Part shown: positions 1 to 10,300 of the stretch, piece after piece
Layout of the letters: the number at the start of each line of letters is the position of its first letter
How positions within the stretch are numbered: the stretch's first letter is position 1
Origin: a bacterium
GTDB lineage: Bacteria; Bacteroidota; Ignavibacteria; UBA10030
Direction of reading: 5' to 3'
Length of the DNA: 11,700 nt
Assembly: GCA_043803945.1 (NCBI GenBank)
Contig: JAZDJN010000074.1
Span: forward strand, 1-11,700
Made by a program: the position numbers and the translations under genes
The notes under the pieces: generated by a model
What the model saw: the letters and a program-made list of their open reading frames with translations, nothing else
Database searches by the model: none
What the model was told of the DNA's origin: nothing

Positions 1-1356
1 TCCTCCTCCCGGTGAAGGATTTGTTATCGTCATCGAGACAGGTCCGGAGGCTGCTGCCGCGGGAACTGTAATATACACCGTCGCTTGCGTCGCGGTGTTC
101 ACCTTCACCGAATCGACAACAAGCGGAGCACCAACGGTTACTTGTGTCGCTCCGGCAATAAAATACTTACCAGTAACAACAATGCTCAGCGTCTGGCCGC
201 GGCCAACCGTATCTGGTGTCGCCTTGGTAAATACCGGCTTCTGATAACCAACACTTAGTACACCTTTCAGTGTATCGGATCCGCCGCCAGGAGCAGGAGT
301 TGTGACGATGATGTTCCGTGTGCCAACTGCTGCTCCGGCTGCCACAGTAATCTTCGCGGTCATCTGGGTCGCCGAAGAATAGAGCAGAGAGTCGACCTTG
401 ATGCTATCGCCAAAGCTTACTGTTGTTGCCTTCGAGACGAAGTCCGTTCCCGTCAGTGTCACACTGAAGCTCGAATCCTGCAGTACGATTGCCAGCGATG
501 CACTCGTCAGCATCGGTGCAGGATTGTTCACTGTGAAGGCATTCAACAATGAATCAACCTCTCCCGAAACCGTATTGCGAATCTTCACCATTCGTAACCC
601 AAGCGCCGCGGTATCTTTGATGGAGATTGCCGATTGAAGTTGCGTTGCAGTATAAACACTATCGGATACGACCGTAATTTCGGGACCAAAATTCGAGGCA
701 ATCACGCCGGGATAGAGATTCGTTCCGGTGAGTGTGACCACAAGAGTTTTACCCCGTACACCGCTTGCCGGTGACAGCGATGTTAATGCCGGCTTCGGAT
801 AACTCAATGTAAATGCATTGAGCAATGAATCGACCTCACTCGTGGCTGTATTCCGAATCTTCACTGTTCGAACACCTACTGTTGTTGTATTCAATATTGT
901 GATGTTCGATTTGAGTTGTGTTGTACTCAGGACACTATCGTAGTTCACCGTAATTCCATTGCCAAAATTACTGCTCACGAATCCCTGATAGAAATTCGTA
1001 CCCGTCAGTACTACCGAGAGCGTTTGCCCAAGTGTACCGCCGACCGGTGTCAGCGAGGCAATCGTGGGTTTCGGGAAGGTCACGATGAATGCAGTATCTA
1101 ATTTACTGCTACCGCCGCCAGGAGCCGGATTGATGATGAGTACATTTTTCTTTCCGAGTGTTGCCGTTGGTTTCAGAGTAATATTTGCGGTAAGGTCGGT
1201 TGCCGAGCTTACGGTCACGGAATTCACCGTGATATTCGAGTCGATGGAAACAGTCGTAACTCCAGACAGGAATCCTGAACCGGTAATTGAGATATTCATT
1301 GTTGTTCCCGGAATACCGTTTGTTGGAGTAACGGCTGCAATCGCCGGCACCGGATT
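1..1356 (-). repeat. Tandem IPT/TIG-like Ig-fold repeats: 1078-1356, 802-1077, 526-801, 247-525 and 1-246 (truncated)
   Basis: Units of 92-93 aa with consensus P-x-(I/L)-x-S-(L/V)-(T/S)-P...G-x-T-L-x-V-x-(L/I)-T-G-x-x-F...(S)ATQ(L/M)...G-x-R-x-(V/I). Units 1, 4 and 5 end in P(A/S)PGGG, and units 2 and 3 share VKIRNT...EVDSLLNAFT. Confidence 0.85.
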
Positions 1357-4300
1357 GATCCGGGCAAGAACTGTCCATTGACTCAAATGGGTAAGACCTG
1401 TAGCCGTAATTGTTTTGTCTGTCGTATTGAGAATTGTTTGTGCGACAGGCACAAGAGTCCACCCCGTTCCGCTGGCTGCAAATGAGGAACGATAGGCAAT
1501 GCGCAGTAAGGCAGGATTAACGGTATCCGGTACTCCGGCATAGCTGAAAGTGAGACTGAATGTCCCATCATTTCCCGGGGTCACTCGGGTAATTTCCCAA
1601 TAGCGCGCGAAGAATTGAGCGTAATGTAAAACGCTGTCAGGATCCGTCACAGAACCCGGCGGTGGTGTGGTATTAAAATTGGTTACAATAACTTCTCCGC
1701 CACCACCCGTATTGCCAAAGTCAATACCTACTCCTGTTAATCCAAACATCACCAGAGGCGAATCGGCATTTACAGCAAACGTCTGTCCCATACTGAGTGA
1801 GGGGATCGCTCCCAGGAAGGGAGAGAAGACGACGCTGTCTGATACTGCATCGCCCACCCCGGCTGGATTGCTGGAGTGTTTCGGACCTGTTTCATTCCCC
1901 CACCAATTGAATCGACCATCGACTCCAAGGAGCGTCTCATTCTTGATTCCAAATCCTGGTGACGTGTGATTTGAAATGCGGTTGAAGATCACTCTGGTAC
2001 CAGACGGAGTACCCGTAATCCGAACTCCGTTGAGGGAGTTTGATGAGATGGTGTTATCGCCGATCAGCAGATCCACCGGTGAGAAGAGCGTAATCCCATC
2101 TGTAGTATTGTTTCTGATGGTATTTTGACCCAAGTTGGAAGTGCTGACATTTTGAAGAATAAGCCCGGTGGAATTTTCAAAAACTTCATTCTGATAGATT
2201 TTGATGTTGTCCGAATACCTCAGATCCATTCCTCTATCGCTACTCATCGATATATTATTGCCAATGATCGCTGTCGTATTCGAGTTGTAGAGAGCAAGGC
2301 CTGTAGAATTTTCATTGATGGCAAGGTTGTTCAGGATACCGCTGCCATCGGCATATTCGAGCCGGATTCCAGCGCCGCCGTTGCCGGCGATGTAGACATT
2401 GTTTTCAACAGTGTTATAATAATCCTGAATGACAATACCGTCATTGAGGTTGCCCTTACTCTCATAGGTCATATTGCTGCTGGCTTCGAGTTTTTCCTTG
2501 CGTGCTGTTTGAGCATGATTCACTGCCGTCGACTTCTGAATACTCTTCTGTGCAAGGGAGTTCTTTACAGAGGCTGTGTGTTTCCCTAATCGCTGAGCCT
2601 TCTGCTGCTCTTGCTTCTTCTCCCGTTGTTCGGCAAGTTTTGCTTTCATTGCCGGGCGGGTCGCTGAACGCTCCTGTTGTACTCTTCGAGCTCTGACTTC
2701 GCGTGATTCACTCTTACGTTCACGCTTTGAAGCACCTTGGGGATTCTCTCTATCCAGAACGGAATTTTGTGTAAACGATTGTGCTCGTTCTCCTCTCCTC
2801 GCTTCAGAAGCAGACAGCAAAGGATCTCCAGTAAGCAGAGGATTTGTGGTCACTTTTGTACCGCCAATCTTATTGCCTGTGATGAGATTATCCGAACCCT
2901 CGGCAATTCGTATACCGAATTTCGCATTATCTCCCACCAGGTTATTTTTAATCTGAATATTATATCCCCATGGCACTGAGATACCTGCGGGCATGCCAAA
3001 GCCGCTCTCGATCCCAAACCATCCATTACAAACGATGGTATTACCCTCAATCACCGCATCGACAGTTGCGTAACTCACTTCCCATTCTGCTCCTGCCCAG
3101 ATGCCATGAACCACGTTATGATGAATGTTATTATTCAGGATTTTCGATCCGCTTGAACCGGCTAAAATTATTCCTCCGTATGGACCGCCAAAGTAGTCCT
3201 CCGTATCGCCGTTTTCAAAGATTTCATTCTGGGTAATAAGGTTATTGGTTTCACTCGCTGCATCGTACACCCCAGCCTGAGCATTCCAACGGATTTCATT
3301 GTTTTCTATGGTGGCATTGCTCGTATTGTCGAGATACACGCCGGCTTCTCCGCCGCCGCGGATACGATTCTCCCGGATAATGGAGCCCGAGCCGCCATTG
3401 ATATCGACGAGGTCGTATGAGTAATAATACGGAACCATCCATGCACCGGTTTCCTGGTTGAATATACCATTGCCATCCAGATCGAACTTCTCAATGAGAA
3501 CATTTGAACCTTCGACATAGATACCACCATGCGGGAAGTTCAGATAGGTCAGATCCTTTCCCGCTCCAGTGAGTTTGATGCCGCTCTGAGGAATGTATGG
3601 TTCATATTCACTGATAAAGCCACCCAGAGCAATCCTGATCTCGTCGTTGTCGTTTGCAGCTTTGAGTGCTTCGGTAATACTCCGATACGATGTATTTTGC
3701 ATAACGTTGATGACTGGTGCAACTGGAAGCGAAGCAAGAGTAAGAGGACTCGATTTCGCGAACAACGTGATGATATTGCCGCTCGCTAATTGTTTGCCGG
3801 TCGGATTGTTTGCTTCAAAATCTGGTCCGGCCGCATCGCCCCACCAGTTATGCTGTGCATTCAAGACGGTTTCTACTGTGTTTGAATTCAACAGCGTTAT
3901 ACCAGAGATAGTATTATTGACAATGTTATTCATCGCGATGACATTCTGCATCACCGTCGTATTCGAATTCTCGACATACACACCGTGACCGGTATTTCCG
4001 GAGATCGCGTTTGCCGAAATGGAAATATAATTTGAACCTCCCGAAGTTATCCAGATTCCTGCCCCACTCACGACTGGATCGGCAGTGGCGCCATTGAATG
4101 TGATGGTATTATTCCAGATGACACTCCCGTAAGAATTTTCGAGTTCGATCCCACGGAACAAGTTGTTCGAGATTGTATTTTTTGCCAGCATTGTCGAATT
4201 CTCATTGCTGAGTTTAATACCGACCGGATTGTTCTGCGTCGTGTTCATGATAATATTGGTTGTGTTTGCACTTTCAACCATGATCCCTGAACCGTAGAAT

Positions 4301-7300
4301 CCTGTCACTGTATTACTTTCAACATTCACACGCTCCAACCCAAACATTCCGAGCCCAATGGTCTCTACCACTTCGCTCGTTGGAGATGAAGCTACAGCCG
4401 CCCCTTTCTTCGGGGTGCCTTTCCGAACGATGAGCTTCGGGACCGGTGACTTGCCTTTTTCCTGTACTCCAGCGACCTGCGATGCTGTTAGATTCTCGTT
4501 CGATGACACGGGCTGATTTTTCTGGGCCATCATTGTTGAGCGATGTTGCTGATTCTTTTGCCTGAGATTTTTTTGCTGATTCTTCAGGTTTTCAGTCACA
4601 GCAGTATGCTTTTCCCGCGGTGTTGCTGCAGCAGAAATTTTAAGGCTGCTCAAACCGCCAAGCTGCTTTGAACTCAAGAACGAGCGAGAATTCGATTTAT
4701 TCAATTCACTCCGATACAAACCGCCGGCCATAATCGGCGCACCCGAAGTGACGGTGTTACCCATAATCGTATGATCGTACCCCCATCCGGTTATTATCCC
4801 CCAGACGGCATCGGTCACTACGTTATTCTTCACTGTACCGCCTTCACTTTCAAATAATCCTAGAGCCAGAGCATTTTCCTGATCGACTTCACCCACCCTG
4901 CCATTTGCACGAATCGTATTATTCTCGATCTGGGTGTTGAGACCTACGGCCAAAATTCCATTGCTCACATTTTCGAAGATTTCATTCTCCAGTATTTGGG
5001 TACCTTCCGAATACATGACCATGATACCAGCAATTTCGTCAAACCCTTCGGATTGCCCAAGAAGATTGACATCGCCATTCCAAAAGACCCTGTTATCGCG
5101 AATAACATTGTTCGTGTAGGCACCTTCATCGAGTATTCCAATGTTGCGGTTCCACAAGACATCATTATTCCGCACGATCGTACTGGTTGGTGATTGCAGA
5201 TAAATGCCATAGCCTCCATAGTCTCCTCCGGCACCACGGATTCTATTATTCTCGATGATATTCCCGGTACATTCATAATTGAGCGTTATCATGCTTCGCT
5301 CGTAAGTCAATCCTTGTGTCGCATTCAACGCCTTCGCTGGCTGGTCGTAATACTCCTGACCCAGCCATTCGAAGACACCGGAGGCCGTATCGAGTTTACC
5401 TCCTCCATCAAGATCGAGTCCGGAGATGGTGACATTGTTTCCATAAAATTCATAGGTACTGTACGGCATGAAGATATAGGAGAGATCTTTGCCGACGCCG
5501 AGAAGTTTCAGTCCAGACTGATAGATATAGGCGTTATACGGTTCGACAGAACCGCCCAGTGCAATTTGTATCTCATCGTCATCGCTGGCATAATTGATTG
5601 CTTCAGAGAGTCTCGTATACACCTTATTTTGCTGGATGTTTACTACAGGGCCAGCCGGGAGCGATGTTAATGAGAGTGGAGCAGTTTTTGCAAAGATCGT
5701 GTTTATATTTCCGCTGGCGAGCTGTTTGCCGGCAGGATTATTCGCTTCACCATCCGGCCCGGCCGCATCACCCCACCAGTTATGCTGGGCGTTAAGATTC
5801 GTTGTACTGCCATTTTCGAGCACGACCCCAGCTTCGGTATTTCGTGTGATGTTATTGAGAACGATGATATTCATTTGCGATTCATTTGTATATTCAGACT
5901 CATCCATCTCAGAGGCAATAACTTTCACACCATAACCGGTATTACCATCGATTACATTTGCAGAAATCGAATTACCATTGTTATTCCAAGGATAGATGAG
6001 GATGCCACCACCTGAACCAGCAGGATCGGCGCTCGCACCGTTGTTTACGATGGTATTGTTCCAGATCTGAGTCAGCCAATTGTCTTCATAGAGTTCCACA
6101 CCGGTATACTTATTTTGTGAGATGGTATTTTTCCCAAGAAGTGTTGAATTCGAGTTGTCAACCTCCACCCCGATGGAATTGTTCTGAATAGTGTTCTTAA
6201 CAAGAACTGAGCTGTTTGCATTATCGATCAAGATACCACTTCCATGGAAGCCGCTTACAGAATTACTGTCGCCGACCGTAATATTGTTCCCGCCAAATTC
6301 AATACCGTTGGTCCAGAGGTAATTTCCATTTGCAGTGTTCGCCGCTGCTGCCGGCTTCACACTTTGCTTCTTGATGAAACGCAGTTTCCGCGTTGAGCTC
6401 TTTGCCAGAGTTACGGCATTCGCGGTTGTGCGCTTCGATGAGGCGGTTTTTGATGCGGACGTCGCCTTTCGCCGCGCCGCGAAGGTATTCGTCGCTTGCT
6501 GTAATTCAGACTGGATGCGCTGCCGCTCAGTTTTGAATGTCTGTTTCTCCTGCTCAGCATCGGCGCGTGTTGGAACGTTCTTTGTCGCGGTACGATCGAT
6601 CTTCCCGGATTTCATCGCTTTTTGCGCTCGATGAGCTGAATATTCCACATCGCCATAGGATTCAATCGGTGGACCGGAAACGATGGTGTTCCCCAACACC
6701 TGATTATCACTGCCATAGAGTCTGATTCCCCAGACAGCATTGTTAATGGTATTATACTTAATGAGTGTGTTGTACATTGAAGGCGCTGAAATAGCAGCCG
6801 GCGAATTGAAGGAACCGGCTCCCAGCACTCCGTTATCATGGATGTTATTGCTATCGATGACGGCATCTTCAGACTTCACATAGATGCCATGATTGACGTT
6901 CCCGAAAATCTCGTTCGAGCGTACTATAGAGCCGATTGCATAGTTGAGTACAATACCGGCATTGGGAGTCCCGCTCCCGGCGGCTCCGACATCTCCATTT
7001 TCAAATATTTTGTTACGAACGATCTGATTGTCCGTAGTACTACCCTCATCGACAACTCCTGCATATCGATTCCAATGAATGAAATTGTTCTCGATAAGCG
7101 TTCCATGGGAATATTCCAAGATGATACCCGCACCATTGACACCACGAACTCTGTTGTCCCGTATGATAATCCCGGTCTTGTCATACGTTGCGCGGATGAG
7201 CGGGTACCCGGAGATCAGATCCAGATTGGATCCCGTACCCTGAGTGCTATACCCCTTTTCCGCTCTGTCCACGCCATAGTAATCCCGCCAGGTGAATGTA

Positions 7301-10300
7301 CCATTTACAGTATCCAGCTTTCCACCGGCATCAAAATCGATTCCCTGCACGGTGAGATTGTTCGCGTCCAGCGTCAATCCAGGATAGGTGAATGTGATGT
7401 AGGAAAGATCTTTTCCCGCACCCAGCAACCGTACACCCTCCTGTGCGATGTAGGAATTTTCAGACTCAACAAGCGCTGCTGGTTTGACGATAATATCCTG
7501 CGTTGTTGCCGTGGTATTGATATTGTCAATCGCCTCTTGCAGCGTTCGGTAGACAATACCAGGCTGCACGCTGTTGAGAATCGGCCCTGGCTGTGTAGGA
7601 TTAAATGTCAGCACCGCAGATTGAGGGAATTGCGCGTCGACATTGGCGCTTGTCGTCGAGCCGCCCTGATTCGCGCCAGCCGCAACGCCCCACCAGTTAT
7701 GAGGTGCAGTAAGCCCAGAACTGCTTTCATTGAGAATGGTAATACCAGAGAGCGTATTCCCAATAATATTATTGACGCCGATGACGTTGAGATTCCCCCA
7801 TTCATCATACTGATTCTGACTGTTATCTACTAAAACACCGTGGCCGGTATTGTCGGCAATGGAATTTGACGAAATGGAATTACCCCATACATCCCCAGGA
7901 CCCAACAGCACGCCGCCATTGGAATTTGCGTTTCCAGATGAGCCATTACTCGTAATTGAATTATTCCACACAATATTATGCTGAGCGGAATTCAGCAAGC
8001 TAACGCCAAAATCCTTATTACCGGTGATGGTAAGGCCTCGATATAAGCCATTATCAGTTGATTCAAGGTTCAAACCAACCTGATTCCCCTCGAGGATTCC
8101 GCCGACAACGGTAGTTCTCCATCCCTGATCGAGAAGTCCTGTGGAATTATTATTTTTCGCTTCGATTCCCAGTATCGTTACATCTTCACTACTCTGCAAA
8201 ACTACTCCATTCGAAGTATTTTCATTGGCAACAAGTGTGGTGAATGATAACCAATATCCCCAACTCACCTTAATACCATCATAATGATTCTTATTCGCGG
8301 TTACTCCTGTTAGACTCGAGGTATTAATGTTTTCGAGCTGGAGGCCAGTGCTGTTTTCATTCGCGATGATGGTGGAAAAAGTGAGACCTTGGCCTCCATT
8401 GAGTTGAATACCACGGCCGCCGTTCTTGTTTGCCGTCACATTATTGAGTTCGGATGTATTCACATTACTGAGCCATATTCCATCATTTTCATTCTCACTA
8501 GCAACGACATTGGTCAGTGTTACCGTATTGGCATTGGAGAGGTGGATACCATTGGAACTCGACATCACATCGACATTGTTGATTTCAAGGTTCCCATTGT
8601 AGTACCCCTGAATACCGCTGTTGCCCGCTATGATGCGGAGATTTTCCAGCTTCGTTTGATTTACACCTTCACCGATTGTTATTCCGTTCGCACTTCCCGG
8701 TCCCCGGCTGTCTATCATCGGCCTCGTCAATCCAGCGCCCTCACCCTGAAGGATGATACCCGTCGTGTTGATATTAAGGGATTCGAGGTATGTCCCCGGT
8801 TCAACCGTGACCTTATCCTCGCTAAACACATTAGACAACGCAAAGTCGATTTTACCGCCCGGACTCGCATTGACGCGAAATTCCATCGGTCGCATGAGTT
8901 GGAAGCCAGGCGTCTCCACATCGCCATCGCTGCCATTAGTCAACCATGAACTGTAGACAACATTGTCAGATACCGAGTTCCCCTTCGACAGGGTGTTCGT
9001 TGTATTGGATGTATGCACAGGCCCACCCGTGCCTCCCCACCAGTTATTGTAGGCTGCAAGTGCAGTGCTGGAGTTGTTTTGAACACCAGCCGTTGAGTTA
9101 CCGGAGAGATCGTTGAAGCTGATCACGACCGGCAAGGTGTTGCCGTTCACGACGGTGAGACCCGTACTATTTGCATGGATAAAGTTTTCTGAGATCGTCA
9201 CTGTTCCTGATGTATTGATGTTCTGCAGCACAATACCTGTGGAATTAGCGTTGATGTCATTCTGACTGATATTATATCCGCTAGCATAGTTTAAGAGTAT
9301 GCCAACCCCATTTTGATGGATCGAATTATCGTACATGAATCCGTTGCTGCTTTGACCAATAAGGCCTGTGTTACAATTTGTTATTTCACTTTGTGATATG
9401 CCGCTCATCGAACTATAGAAAATTGCTCCAATATTCTCTGCCTGGATACGGAAACCTCGCACGGATGTCTTGCTTCCCCAGACGATCAATCCATGACCGG
9501 AACCAAGCGCAGTTAACGGACCGCCTGGACCATCTGGATCTTTATTGATTACCAGCGGTCGGGGATCAACGACCGTCTGCGTCCTGGGCGCTTTACTCGC
9601 CTTCGTCGTGGATTCTTCATAACCAAGCACATTGATCATCGATTTGTTGACAGTAACCTCTTCTGTATAAGTACCCGATTTTACTATCACATTGTTCGAA
9701 GATCCTCCGGTTGCTTCGATGCCGCGTTGAATAGATGAGAACAAACCGTTAATAACTCCATCAGCATCTTTCAGCAAAACAGGAGCAAAGGTCGATGAAA
9801 CCACCGGCTGCCACCCTGGGTCACCCATTGCATCATCGGTGCCATCGGTGAACCATGGAGCAAATGAGACCGGACCTGTAATCGAACCGATTTGTGTGCT
9901 CACATTGTAGGTGTTCGATGAATGCTTTGGCCCATCTGCCGAACCCCACCAGTTATCATGCACCTGGAGCTCTGTCGTCGAGGAGTTCAGGAGAGCAACT
10001 CCAGTATTTCCAGCAAGATTATTGTTTTGAATCATTAGCCCACTGAATGAACCCTCTACCTTGATAGCATTGGTGTTTGAGTTGATAAAATTATTAAAGA
10101 GCGTTGTCGAGCTGACATTGGAAAGAACGATTCCCGTTGTATTTGTATTGATCGTATTATTGATGAGATTGAATGAACTGCAATTAGTCAGTTCCAGACC
10201 GATAATACTGTTCACAATTTCCAAATTTTCCAGGTGTACCGTCTGGCGACCATTGGCAACGATCGCTTTACTGGAAGCTGAAACCTTAAAGCCTTTGATC

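Larger units (their letters stand above)
2197..7968 (-). repeat. Degenerate tandem triplication of a ~1.92 kb (~640 aa) unit
   Basis: Spacings between the last four NWWG caps are 1917, 1932 and 1941 nt. Motifs GxGKDL(S/T)Y, NR(V/I)RG, F(E/W)NGD, WNN(S/T)I and NTG(H/Y)GV each recur three times at this period. Confidence 0.8.

Noticed and set aside
4397-4420. Small GC hairpin (gcccc-tttcttc-ggggt) as a terminator
   Set aside because: Weak stem, no proper U-tract, and it lies inside the coding sequence.
4568-4574. T7 homopolymer as a phase-variation tract
   Set aside because: Short and explained by Gln-Lys-Asn codons (CAA AAA AAT). The frame is intact.
2452-6672. Basic inserts as inteins, introns or mobile elements
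   Set aside because: No intein terminal motifs (C-terminal His-Asn followed by Cys/Ser/Thr) or hydrophobic HINT core, no terminal inverted repeats or target duplications seen, and the frame is preserved through all three.
6838-7833. 331 aa plus-strand ORF (also 8389-8949, 5194-5670, 2125-2589, 3529-3789)
   Set aside because: These are codon-aligned antisense shadows of the giant CDS. They stay open wherever the real gene avoids TTA/CTA/TCA, and their I/D/V/R-rich translations mirror the Asn/Ile-rich beta-helix with no recognisable motifs.
1897-9954. Recurring ccccacca(g/a)tt DNA motif as CRISPR repeat, DGR repeat or regulatory site
   Set aside because: It is simply the reverse complement of the Asn-Trp-Trp-Gly codons, spaced 0.9-1.9 kb apart. 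Differences between longer copies are mostly synonymous rather than adenine-specific.
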